NCBI GenBank assembly: GCA_963850905.1
Contig: CAWKMU010000003.1
Coordinates: 1,600,001-1,664,000 of the forward strand
Direction: 5' to 3'
DNA from: an uncultured Gemmatimonadales bacterium
Lineage (GTDB): Bacteria > Gemmatimonadota > Gemmatimonadetes > Gemmatimonadales > Gemmatimonadaceae
DNA: 64,000 nucleotides
Below, in pieces: positions 10,683 through 20,055 of the stretch; the stretch's first letter is position 1, and each line of letters begins with the position of its first letter. A model generated the notes under the pieces. The model had not been told where the DNA came from. It saw only the letters and a list, made by a program, of their open reading frames with translations, and made no database searches. A program made the position numbers and the translations under genes.

Positions 10683-12401
10683 TCACCGCGGACTTGGTGG
10701 GCTCCGCCTGGCGTAGGCGGTCCAATTTCCGAACGTAGCTTCCGGTTGGTAGGAGCGATCGAGGAGCGCCCGGAGCTCGGGGAGATCGGGCGCGGCGTCC
10801 GGGCCTGCCTCGAACGCCAGCGTACCGTTGGCGTAGTGGGCCACGATGTAGCGCGGCGGGTGCGTGGTGAGCAATGTCACGATCTCGTTTCGAATGGCCA
10901 CCTGAGCGGGCCGAGGCCAGTTGCCGCCGCATGTGGTAGACAGGCGCTGGTCTGGGCCGGATTGGCAAAACAGCCCGACAGGGTCTGTAAAGCGCGTGGC
11001 CGACCAGCGATCCGCGGCGACGAGGATCATCGTCTCCGCACCCCACAGCTGGATGGAGTCCGTGGGCTGCGTATGGTCCTTGAGATACCGCGCGAGCGCC
11101 GCCTGCTGGGGATCGTTGCCCACGAGCGCGACGAAGCTCGTGTCGTTCGCGGTCACTCGCACGGCGGCCGCCAGGCCGCGATACGGAGCGACGCCTGTCC
11201 GGCCGATCTCCAGTACCAGCGCAACGGCAACGACCGCCGCGGTCACGAGCACTGCCCGCCGGCCGGTGACGCGGAGTAACGCCGCCGCCCGCTCCCCAAG
11301 CCACACCCAGCCGACTCCACCGAGCAATGCGAGACATGCGAACGGCGGCCAATACTGGTAGGGCCAACCCTTGGATTCCCACAACCTCACGAGAATGAGG
11401 CAGGCCAGCAACCCGGCCAATGAGCGCATCTCCACTCGTCGGGTACGCCACGCGGGGCTGAACGCGGAAGCGATCACGCCAACCCAGATCGCCTTTCGTG
11501 CAAGCGTCACGAACCGCAGGAGAACCGTGGTCCGCGACATCCGCTCGAGCGAAGGGTATACCGTCGCGAGAAACGTGAGCATCTCGCCGAAGACGCGTGC
11601 ATGTCCGCTGACGGTGTAGACGAGTACCACGAGGAGGAGTGGGAGCGCTGCCATGCCGGCGAACACAGCCGCCGCTCGGACCGCGCGCGTGCGCTCTTTA
11701 CGCGGTGTCGTGGGCGATGGTCCGCGTTCCAGCAGCAACGCGACTGCACCCGCTACCCCAAGGACCGCGTAGGTTGGGCGGATCGTGCATGCCAGCCCGA
11801 GGCTCAGGCCGGACAACCACACGAGGCCGCGCCGAGCCGGATTGGCCCAATACGCCCACAATGCAACGAGCGCCAGCAAGATCAGCGGCACCATGAACCC
11901 ATCGCGCTGTCCCGTGTGATAGAAGCCGCCCCTGACGTAGAGGGCTGCATAGCCGCAGGCGGCGTAGACACCCGCCAGGGGCCCGGCGAGGCGCCGACCG
12001 GCGGCGTACAACAGGCCGCCCGTCGCGACCTGGATCAGTACGTCCTCGATGCGGAATGCCAATACGTTGTTCCCGGCAATGGCAATGCTGATGGCGGTGA
12101 GGAGGGGACCTCCCGGGAAGGCCGTATCGAACGTGTCAGCGTAGGGCCAATGGCCGCGCAAGATCGTACGGGCCATGTAGTAGACGATGCCGTGGTCGTA
12201 GCCAAGTCCGTACCCCAGCGTCGGCGCCACGAGCACCGCCGTGCCGACTAGCGCGAGCACCAGCCACCACGTCGACGGCCGCTCCGTGTGGTCGCCTGTC
12301 GTGCACGACGGTACAGGAAGATCGTACCGGGCATGGAGCGGCTCCGCACGGGGCAGTGACCCGAGCATGCCAGATGTACCCACCGACTCCCGGTCGCGCA
12401 T
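10683..12401 (-). CDS. GT39/PMT-like membrane glycosyltransferase (start uncertain)
   Basis: DHGIVYYMARTILRGHWPYADTFDTAFPG motif, about 10 or more hydrophobic helices, soluble C-terminal domain. Confidence 0.7.
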   Translation of the reverse strand: MRDRESVGTSGMLGSLPRAEPLHARYDLPVPSCTTGDHTERPSTWWLVLALVGTAVLVAPTLGYGLGYDHGIVYYMARTILRGHWPYADTFDTAFPGGPLLTAISIAIAGNNVLAFRIEDVLIQVATGGLLYAAGRRLAGPLAGVYAACGYAALYVRGGFYHTGQRDGFMVPLILLALVALWAYWANPARRGLVWLSGLSLGLACTIRPTYAVLGVAGAVALLLERGPSPTTPRKERTRAVRAAAVFAGMAALPLLLVVLVYTVSGHARVFGEMLTFLATVYPSLERMSRTTVLLRFVTLARKAIWVGVIASAFSPAWRTRRVEMRSLAGLLACLILVRLWESKGWPYQYWPPFACLALLGGVGWVWLGERAAALLRVTGRRAVLVTAAVVAVALVLEIGRTGVAPYRGLAAAVRVTANDTSFVALVGNDPQQAALARYLKDHTQPTDSIQLWGAETMILVAADRWSATRFTDPVGLFCQSGPDQRLSTTCGGNWPRPAQVAIRNEIVTLLTTHPPRYIVAHYANGTLAFEAGPDAAPDLPELRALLDRSYQPEATFGNWTAYARRSPPSPR

Positions 12402-12446
12402 GAGCCCTTCGCACCGCACATGTCGTGCGCGGGCGGCGGGCTGCGG

Positions 12447-12770
12447 TCATCCGTGCCAGCCGAATACACTCGCGATGATGGCCATCGTCGTCGCGAACAC
12501 CACGAGTGCGAGCACACGGATGGCCCACACGCACGCAACGATCTCCTGGTCGCCGGTGTTCGTCGGGTCCGTCGACCAGATGAAGGCAGTGAGGCGCCAA
12601 TTCCCGAACGTGGTGACGAGCAGCTGCCAGAGTTGTGGCTTTCCCAGCTCGGACCAGAGCCCCGCATGTTGGTCACGAAGACGGCGTATCAGGACCAATG
12701 CGACGTACTTCGAGAGGCAATAGCCCACGAAGACGACCGTAACCGCTGCATCGAACACATTGCTGCTCAT
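12447..12770 (-). CDS. Small hypothetical membrane protein
   Basis: Two hydrophobic helices flanking LRDQHAGLWSELGKP; fills the intergenic gap. Confidence 0.6.
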   Translation of the reverse strand: MSSNVFDAAVTVVFVGYCLSKYVALVLIRRLRDQHAGLWSELGKPQLWQLLVTTFGNWRLTAFIWSTDPTNTGDQEIVACVWAIRVLALVVFATTMAIIASVFGWHG

Positions 12771-12990
12771 GACAGCCTCACGTGCAACCGAGCTGAAGTA
12801 ATCCGCGGGGCGGGGCATCATCGAGACTCGGTCCACGGCCTGTCCGCAACCGCCTGCGCTGCCCGAGCGACGGCACGACTATAGCAGAGATCGCAGATCC
12901 AATTGCTCGCGCACATGCTCGAAACTGAGACCCGGAACCCCGGAACCACCTGCTATGGCCGGTTCCCCTTCCACCGGAGGCCGTCGATCC

Positions 12991-13662
12991 ATGCAACTCA
13001 CTAACAACATCCGAGACGGGGTCTCCGTCGTGCCGTTGCTCGCGCATATGAGCCGACTGGGCAACGCTCCGCGGGCCGACGCCCTGGTGGACTTCGCGCT
13101 GGACCACAAGGTGATCCGGCCGCTGCAGCATCGCAGTGAGCTCCTGGAGCTCGCCCGCATCGTGTCGGCCGCCCAGCCCCGCGCGATGCTCGAGATCGGG
13201 ACCTTTCGTGGGGGCACCTTGTTCATCTTCGCCCGGCTCGCCGCATCGGACGCGATCATCATCAGCCTGGACCTGCCGGCGTCGGCGATGGGGCTTCTAT
13301 ACCGGGCTGCACAGGTCCCGCTGTTCCACCAATTCACGCACGGCAGCCAGTCGCTCCACCTGCTGCGCAAGAACTCGCACGACCTGGCCACGCAGCTCGA
13401 GGTGTCTCGCATCTTGCAGGACCGGCGACTCGACTTCCTTTTCATCGACGGGGATCACGCGTACGACAGCGTGAAGACCGACTTCGAGCGCTATGCGCCC
13501 TTCATGCGCACCGGCGGCGTCGTGGCATTCCACGACGTTGCGATGGGTCACCCGAGTGGCGTCTCGCGCTTCTGGGCCGAGCTCCGCGGCCGATATCGCC
13601 ACGTCGAGATCGTGCACGACCGCGGCCCCAAGGCGATGGGCATCGGCGTGGTGTGGATGTGA
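12991..13662 (+). CDS. Class I SAM-dependent methyltransferase (Methyltransf_24-like)
   Basis: LEIGTFRGGT, DFLFIDGDHAY, GGVVAFHD; GGAGG RBS at 12976-12980. Confidence 0.88.
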   Translation: MQLTNNIRDGVSVVPLLAHMSRLGNAPRADALVDFALDHKVIRPLQHRSELLELARIVSAAQPRAMLEIGTFRGGTLFIFARLAASDAIIISLDLPASAMGLLYRAAQVPLFHQFTHGSQSLHLLRKNSHDLATQLEVSRILQDRRLDFLFIDGDHAYDSVKTDFERYAPFMRTGGVVAFHDVAMGHPSGVSRFWAELRGRYRHVEIVHDRGPKAMGIGVVWM

Positions 13663-13665
13663 GCG

Positions 13666-13772
13666 GCTAGACGTTGGACGTTGGATGTTGGAAAAAACCT
13701 CGGGGCCGGCGGCCGTGAACTTCGCTGGCCCCGAGGTTTGTCTCCAGCGTCCAACGTCTAACGTCTAGCGTC
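13666..13772. repeat. Element D: inverted heptamer arms around a long hairpin (may act as a terminator)
   Basis: GCTAGACGTTGGACGTTGGA ... AAACCTCGGGGCCGGCG-loop-CGCTGGCCCCGAGGTTT ... TCCAGCGTCCAACGTCTAACGTCTAGC. Confidence 0.8.
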
Positions 13773-13894
13773 TGCCGCACTACATTGTTCCGCCGTATGC
13801 AGCGAGCAAGGCTCGTCCTCGATGCGGTGATGCTCGACGGGTGGGCTCGCGCGCTGCCCAGTGGGGCCGGACATCTCTTCGGGAGCATGTCGCC

Positions 13895-15637
13895 ATGTAC
13901 AACTTTCTTCGTCGGGTGGGCACGGTTGTGACTCTCGCGGCGAGCGCTGGGGTTGGTCGCGCATCGGCCCAGGTCCAGCGCGATACGACGCGCGCCGAGC
14001 GGCCGGTGGTCGGTCGCTCCGTGGTCGCCACGCGGTATGGCATCGTTGCATCGAGTCAACCGCTGGCTTCGATGGCGGGCGTGCAGATGCTCGAGCGCGG
14101 CGGGTCAGCAGCCGATGCGGCGATCGCTGCCAACGCGACGCTCGGACTCGTCGAGCCGATGATGAACGGGATGGGCGGCGATCTCTTCGCCATCATCTAC
14201 GATCCCAAGACGGGCCGCCTGGTGGGCCTCAACTCGTCGGGGTGGTCGCCCGCCGGCATGACGGCGGAGCTTGTGGCGGCACACGGAAATGGCGAGATGC
14301 CGCACAAGGGGATTCTCACCGTGACAGTTCCGGGCGCGGTGGCTGGCTGGGATGCGCTGCATCGACGTTTCGGGCGCCTCCCACTGTCGACGATTCTCGC
14401 GCCTGCCATCCGGTACGCCACAGAGGGATTTCCGGTCAGCGAGATCGATGCGCGCATGTGGGCGCAGGCGACCGCCGAGCTCGCTGCGGATCCTGGCGCT
14501 CGCGCGACGTATCTGCCCGACGCGCACGCCCCTGCGGCCGGTGCGCTGTTCCGGAACCCCGCTCTCGCCACATCGCTCACGCGCGTCAGCTCGCATGGCC
14601 GCGATGGGTTCTACCGCGGTCCCACCGCGGACGCGATTGTCGCCTTCGCGCAGTCGAAAGGCAATCCGATGACTGCCGCGGATCTGCTCGAGTTCCAGCC
14701 GGAATGGGTGACGCCGATCCAGACGACCTACCGTGGCTGGACGGTGAGCGAGCTCCCCCCCAACACACAGGGCATCGCGGCGCTCATGATGCTGGGCATC
14801 ATGCAGCAGTTCCCCATGTCGCAGTACGGATTCCACAGCGCAGCGGCGCTGCACGTGATGATCGAGGCGAAGAAGCTCGCCTACGCCGACATGCTCCAAT
14901 ATGTCGGCGATCCACGGTTTGGAACGGTGCCGGTGTCGGAAATGCTGAGCCCAGCGCACGCTGTGGCGCGCGCCCAGCTGATCGACCCCGCCCATGCGCG
15001 ATGTGCCGTCGAGCCGACGCAGTTTGCGTCAGTGGCAGGCAAAGCGGGAAGCGAGACGATTTATCTGTCGGTGATCGACCGCAACGGGATGATCGTGTCG
15101 TTCATCCAGAGCAACTACTCCAGCTTTGGATCGGGGCTCGTCGCGCCCGGCACCGGCTTCGCACTTCAGAATCGGGGCGCGCTCTTCACGCTCCTGCCTG
15201 GCCGGCCCAATACGCTCGCCCCGCGCAAGCGGCCGTTGCACACGCTGATTCCCGGGTTCATGCAAAAGGGAGACGAGCGCATCGGATTCGGCATCATGGG
15301 CGGCTGGAACCAGGCCCAGGCCCACGCGCAGTTCGTCTCCGACATTGCGGATTTCGGGCTGACGATTCAGGAGGCGCTGGAAGCGGGCCGCTTCACGAAG
15401 CAGACGTTCGCCGGGTGCGATGTCGAGATCGAGGCTCTAGTGCCAGCGGGGACCCGTTCGGCGCTGCAGGCGCTCGGTCACCAAGTCACTGTCGTTGCCC
15501 CGAGGAGCAGCAGTGATTTCGGCTTCGGTCAAGCGGTCATGAGCAACGGCGAAGGCGTGCATTTCGGCGCCTCGGATCCGCGACATGACGGAGCCGCGAT
15601 TCCGGAAGGCCCACCAATGGGCGCGTCGCGCCCATAG
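13895..15637 (+). CDS. ggt: Gamma-glutamyltransferase, exported
   Basis: Signal peptide; GGSAADAAIA, GMGGDLF, TVPGAVAGW, nucleophile Thr in SETIYLS, GASDPRHDG. Confidence 0.93.
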   Translation: MYNFLRRVGTVVTLAASAGVGRASAQVQRDTTRAERPVVGRSVVATRYGIVASSQPLASMAGVQMLERGGSAADAAIAANATLGLVEPMMNGMGGDLFAIIYDPKTGRLVGLNSSGWSPAGMTAELVAAHGNGEMPHKGILTVTVPGAVAGWDALHRRFGRLPLSTILAPAIRYATEGFPVSEIDARMWAQATAELAADPGARATYLPDAHAPAAGALFRNPALATSLTRVSSHGRDGFYRGPTADAIVAFAQSKGNPMTAADLLEFQPEWVTPIQTTYRGWTVSELPPNTQGIAALMMLGIMQQFPMSQYGFHSAAALHVMIEAKKLAYADMLQYVGDPRFGTVPVSEMLSPAHAVARAQLIDPAHARCAVEPTQFASVAGKAGSETIYLSVIDRNGMIVSFIQSNYSSFGSGLVAPGTGFALQNRGALFTLLPGRPNTLAPRKRPLHTLIPGFMQKGDERIGFGIMGGWNQAQAHAQFVSDIADFGLTIQEALEAGRFTKQTFAGCDVEIEALVPAGTRSALQALGHQVTVVAPRSSSDFGFGQAVMSNGEGVHFGASDPRHDGAAIPEGPPMGASRP

Positions 15638-15670
15638 AAAGGAGAGAGGAGAAGGGAGAGAGGAGACAGG
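15635..15670. repeat. Purine-rich heptamer tandem repeat starting at the ggt stop codon
   Basis: TAGAAAGG AGAGAGG AGAAGGG AGAGAGG AGACAGG. Confidence 0.6.
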
Positions 15671-15681
15671 GGCGGTACGTG

Positions 15682-16794
15682 TCAGTGCGGGGCGCTCAAC
15701 GCGGTCATGGCCCTCGCCATCAGGGCGACCGTCGCCTTGCTGTCGCCGAACGCGGAGGCCTTCAACATGTAGGGGCCTTTCACGGCCTCCCAGCCCATGC
15801 TCGGTGAGGAACCGATTTCCTCCCATGGACCGGCGGGGCCCTGGGACGTGTCGGGCGGCGCCTGCCCTTGATTGCCAAGCGGCGTCTGCTTCCGTAGCGC
15901 ATGTGTGGCACCCGCAATGACGTACTGATCACTGGCAAACTCGACGGCGCCGTCGCGCCATTCCCACACGTCCACATCGTAGGTGCGCGGCATGTTGGGC
16001 ATGCCGGGGTTCGCCGTCTTGTAGGTGCAGTCCCGGAGGCCGTTGCCGCCTGGCTGTGGTCCCGGCTGTGGGGGACCCAGGAGCGGGACGCCGAGGATCG
16101 ACTCGGCGGCTGCCTGGGGCAGCAGGACGCACATGTTGACCGTGCTATCCTTCGCGTCCTTTGCGAAGTTTTGCAGCGCCAACTGGATCCCGGCTTCACC
16201 GTCGATCGAGAGTGGGTGATCCAGTCGCTTGATCGCCGAGTTGAGCAAGGTGCCGGCGGCAGCCGGCGTCAGCTTCGTGCCGGTATAGTCCAACTCCACG
16301 TGCTGATCCCCACGTAGCGCGTGCAGATCGCAGCACTGCATGGGCCCCTGGGCGATCTCGTCCCAATCCCCGACCAGCGTGTCCCCACCCGAGAGCACCG
16401 TCTGGCCCTTCTTCATCTCGCCGTTCTTCGAGATGCCATCCGTGAGCCCTCGGCCGAAATGGATCATTTTCATGGCCATCGGGCCACCGCTCCAATCCAC
16501 ACTCACCAGCAACCGCCGGTGGTCCTGGGTGTCGTACCGGCATGATTGGCTTCCCGGGTCGGGCTTGTTGGTGCCGTGGTACGGTGGCGAGGCAAGCGGG
16601 CCAATTGCGGCGGCGACCTCCGTCGTGTCGAGCAGGCCGCACGGATCGCCCGTCGTCGCCCCGCCTGCGCCATTCCCCCCTTTGTTTTCCTTCGCCATCT
16701 CCTTCAGCTGCTTCATGAAGGGACTCTCTTTCTTTTCGCATGCAGCGAGGACGGCGAGGAGCGCCAGCGCAGCGAGCATCGATCGAATCGGCAT
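15682..16794 (-). CDS. Hypothetical lipoprotein with two tandem Cys-containing (DUF3558-like) domains
   Basis: Lipobox LAAC after a hydrophobic stretch; repeats DPCGLLDTTEVAAAIG...CRY and NMCVLLPQAAAESILG...CTY. Confidence 0.72.
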   Translation of the reverse strand: MPIRSMLAALALLAVLAACEKKESPFMKQLKEMAKENKGGNGAGGATTGDPCGLLDTTEVAAAIGPLASPPYHGTNKPDPGSQSCRYDTQDHRRLLVSVDWSGGPMAMKMIHFGRGLTDGISKNGEMKKGQTVLSGGDTLVGDWDEIAQGPMQCCDLHALRGDQHVELDYTGTKLTPAAAGTLLNSAIKRLDHPLSIDGEAGIQLALQNFAKDAKDSTVNMCVLLPQAAAESILGVPLLGPPQPGPQPGGNGLRDCTYKTANPGMPNMPRTYDVDVWEWRDGAVEFASDQYVIAGATHALRKQTPLGNQGQAPPDTSQGPAGPWEEIGSSPSMGWEAVKGPYMLKASAFGDSKATVALMARAMTALSAPH

Positions 16795-16811
16795 GGGATG
16801 CGTCTCCGGAG

Positions 16812-17930
16812 TCAGCATTTGCGCGCGAGCTCGACGCGACGATTTCGCGCTCGACCCTCGATCGTCGCGTTGGTCGTCACGGGTTGTGTGTCGCCAAAAC
16901 CCACAGACAGGAGTCGCGCAGCGCTCACGTTGAAGCGCGTGACGAGTGCGTCGCGCACGGCGGCGGCGCGTCGATTCGAGAGGTCGAGGTTGGACGCCTT
17001 GGTGCCGATGCTGTCGGTGTGGCCCTCGATCGTCACGACCCACGTCGGGTTGTCCGTCATCAGGGTCGCAATCTGATGAAGCGCTGGATCAGACGCCGGT
17101 ACCAGCGTCGCGCTGGCGAACGCGAAGTAGATCCCATGCACCTCGGCTCGACCGCAGCTATTCCCCTTCCCGGCAAGGGCGCCGTTCATCGCAGCGACTC
17201 GTGCTTTCATGCTTCCGCTGTCTGCGACACCAGTCCGGGGCAGCTGGATCTCCGTCAGCTGATAGGCCCGGCCCTGCGACGCCCACTTGAGGGTCAATGG
17301 CCACGCCGGATTATCGAACGTGACGACGTCCACATCATCGGTCTGGCCGGCGACCGCGAAGTGACCGCGCGATTCGATCGCCGGGAGCGGGGTCGGCGTG
17401 TCGTTGATGATCACGGAAACGGTGGTTGTACCGACGCGAGTCAGATCCCCCCGGTAGTACTGCCGGACGCCGCCGAGCATCGTCATGAACCCCTGGAACG
17501 CGCCGGGCGCGGCGTCCCCAATGACCGTCAATGTCTTCCCGGCGCTCTTGAGTTCTGCCAGCATGGCCTTGGACAGAAAGATGGTCGAGCCGGGAAAGAC
17601 GGCGGGGTCGTCGGACGCAAAGATGATGTTCAGGCGGTGGGCCATCGAATCGTCGGCCAGGCGCACCGTGCGCCCCAACGTGAACTGCTTTTGCTTCGAG
17701 GTATCAGGAGCGGTGTTGTTGTTGGCGCTGATCGCGAAGTAGTACGACGCCGGCGTGACCGCACCGATACTGTACACGTTCTCGAAATCACCCCGCTCCT
17801 CGTGGGTCACCGACACCATCACGAGTCCTTCGGCCGGCCGGATGGCGGGCACCTGCGCGCCTCCGGCCGTGACGAGCGTCGAGGCGGCAATGACTGCGAT
17901 CGACCAGCAGTCGAGGCGAAGCACGGCCAC
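16812..17930 (-). CDS. OmpA-family (peptidoglycan-binding C-terminal domain) exported protein with unknown N-terminal domain
   Basis: IYFAFASATL, IEGHTDSIG, NLDLSNRRAAAV, GFGDTQP, NRRVEL; GGGAGG RBS before GTG at 17930. Confidence 0.88.
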   Translation of the reverse strand: MAVLRLDCWSIAVIAASTLVTAGGAQVPAIRPAEGLVMVSVTHEERGDFENVYSIGAVTPASYYFAISANNNTAPDTSKQKQFTLGRTVRLADDSMAHRLNIIFASDDPAVFPGSTIFLSKAMLAELKSAGKTLTVIGDAAPGAFQGFMTMLGGVRQYYRGDLTRVGTTTVSVIINDTPTPLPAIESRGHFAVAGQTDDVDVVTFDNPAWPLTLKWASQGRAYQLTEIQLPRTGVADSGSMKARVAAMNGALAGKGNSCGRAEVHGIYFAFASATLVPASDPALHQIATLMTDNPTWVVTIEGHTDSIGTKASNLDLSNRRAAAVRDALVTRFNVSAARLLSVGFGDTQPVTTNATIEGRARNRRVELARKC

Positions 17931-18009
17931 AGCATAGTGCCTCCCTGCCGAACGCGCTAGAGAACAACTTGACTGAACGCGACGGTTGCATGTTGGGCCG
18001 CCTACTCGC

Positions 18010-18038
18010 TTGTCGCGCCGGGACCGGGTCACTATGAT
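18010..18038 (+). promoter_or_regulatory. Sigma70-type promoter for the 18102 lipoprotein gene
   Basis: TTGTCG-N17-TATGAT. Confidence 0.55.
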
Positions 18039-18101
18039 AGCAGCGCCGATCGCTTGCGGCGTGCTCTCGGAGTACTCCTGTTCACCGTCGGGAGGATGGC
18101 G

Positions 18102-19967
18102 ATGCCGGGGTTCCGTCGGATGGTGCGTGCCGTCGTGCTGGTCACGACATCGATGCTGGTCGTGTCGTGTAAGAAGGAAACTGCAGCCTCTGCGCCGCCT
18201 CCGGGTGGCTCGAGCGCGGGCACAAGTGGCGCGACAGCGGCGGAGGGTGTGCCGGTTGCATTTCGAGGGACCGCCGCGGCACTGCATCAATATTTGACAT
18301 CGGTCGACACGGTCCAGGGCGCGACGTTCGATGTCAGTTGGCGACCAGAGACCGTGCGACTCGATCGGGCGACGACGACGCGCGCGCTCCAGGGCGTGAG
18401 CCCCGACGGCAGCACCTTCCAGTTCGCGGCGAGCGAACCGGCAATCGCGGCGATCAAGCCTGGCAACATCGTGCTCGTGTGGGGCGTGGCGCTCCGCCGT
18501 GTCGACTCGATCGCGACGCAAGGCGGTGCGCTCATCATGCACACATCCGTCGCGACGCTCCCCGACGCGATCGACCATGGCCACATCGCCTGGCATGGGT
18601 CGCCCGACTACAGCCACGGCGTCGTGGTGCCACTCTACGAAAAGCCGGACAGCGTCAAGGTCGGCTTGCTTCCACAACCTGATGCGCTCGTCCGACCGGT
18701 CACCTACGTCCACGCTCGCGCCCCCCTCGTGCGGCAGGGCACCGCGAATCCGCCCGGCGGTCCGGCAGATCAGTCAGGCGACGACGCCACGCCGTCCGAC
18801 GCGATCCCGACATCCGAGGCGCCCCCACCGATCAAGGGGAACGCGTTCGGTATGGAGTACGAGGTCGCATACGTCTACGCCGACGGCGGACTCGATTTCG
18901 AGCTCCAGGCCTCGAAAAAAGAAGGCGAGGCAGGCAACGCCGAGGAGGCGAAAAAGGAACAGAACAAGCAGATCACCGAAGGTCTGGGGAACGCAGCGTC
19001 TCACACCCCGGAGTCACCGCCGCCGGCCCAGGGGACGGATCAGTCGAACGCGCAGGGCAATGCTCTGGCCCAGGCGATGAAGGCCAACAAAGCGTGGCAG
19101 TCCGCGAAGACGAGCTGGGAGAGCAAGAACGGCGACATCCCGAGCGCGGTCTGGGGTGCACTCCCCGAGCTGACCAGTGGCTTGCTCTGGAAGACGGCGA
19201 GCGAACAACTCGACTTGCGGATCAAGGCCCAGGGCCACCTCGACGGCATCAACCTGGGCGGCGACATCTCCATTGGCAATGCGAAGCAGATCGCGTCGAG
19301 CTTTCACCTCGACAACGTCATGGGGCTGGTGAACTTCCAGTACGTTGCGCGTCTCGGAAACCAGCAGGGTACATGGGCCGAGAAACTCAAGGCGTCGCTG
19401 CCGATCACCTTCAACGTCCCGATCATCATCGGTGGCATCCCGTTCATGTTCCAGATCGGGATCAATTTCTTCGCCATTCCAGGACTCTCGAGCCACTACG
19501 CGACCGTTCAAGGCCAGTTCCATCTCAACTTCGGAGGGAACGGCGTGATTCAAGTGGGAGGCGGCAACCTGGACGCGAGCGGTCAATACCAGGGCGGGGC
19601 GTTCATCCTCGACGACGCCAACACGGTGACCTCGCTCGGCGTCTCATCGCTTCTCGTGAGCGTGCAATTCCCGCGGCTCGGCTTTGGGATGGGGCTTTTC
19701 AACACGTACGGGATCGCCTTCATCGATTTCGTCGCCACCGGAAGTGCCGTCAGCAGTGGGGCCATGGGGATGATGCCCTGCCAACGATTCCAAGTGAATG
19801 CGGCGGTCGGTGCCGGCGCGTCCGCGCAGGTTCTCGGGCTCCCATCGTTCATCAGCAGCAAACTGAACGGCAAGCTGAGTTGGCGAAAACAACCCAACCT
19901 CTGGGACTACCAGCACATCACGACGAAACCGGCCGGGTTGAACTGCGAGTACAAGAAGCAGGAGTAA
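18102..19967 (+). CDS. Large hypothetical lipoprotein, beta-strand-rich C-terminal half
   Basis: GGAGG RBS at 18091; lipobox VVSC followed by KK and a Pro/Ala linker; protein-like composition over about 620 aa. Confidence 0.75.
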   Translation: MPGFRRMVRAVVLVTTSMLVVSCKKETAASAPPPGGSSAGTSGATAAEGVPVAFRGTAAALHQYLTSVDTVQGATFDVSWRPETVRLDRATTTRALQGVSPDGSTFQFAASEPAIAAIKPGNIVLVWGVALRRVDSIATQGGALIMHTSVATLPDAIDHGHIAWHGSPDYSHGVVVPLYEKPDSVKVGLLPQPDALVRPVTYVHARAPLVRQGTANPPGGPADQSGDDATPSDAIPTSEAPPPIKGNAFGMEYEVAYVYADGGLDFELQASKKEGEAGNAEEAKKEQNKQITEGLGNAASHTPESPPPAQGTDQSNAQGNALAQAMKANKAWQSAKTSWESKNGDIPSAVWGALPELTSGLLWKTASEQLDLRIKAQGHLDGINLGGDISIGNAKQIASSFHLDNVMGLVNFQYVARLGNQQGTWAEKLKASLPITFNVPIIIGGIPFMFQIGINFFAIPGLSSHYATVQGQFHLNFGGNGVIQVGGGNLDASGQYQGGAFILDDANTVTSLGVSSLLVSVQFPRLGFGMGLFNTYGIAFIDFVATGSAVSSGAMGMMPCQRFQVNAAVGAGASAQVLGLPSFISSKLNGKLSWRKQPNLWDYQHITTKPAGLNCEYKKQE

Positions 19968-20055
19968 AGGGGCTGGACGTCTAGCGTCCCCCCTATCTAC
20001 AACCCTGCATTGCGACAGGCCCTCACCGTTCGCATCGTAGTGCAAATCCAACGGC

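Noticed and set aside
15682..19967. OmpA/lipoprotein locus as a type VI secretion or flagellar motor cluster
   Set aside because: No tss, vgrG, hcp or motA genes are recognisable nearby.
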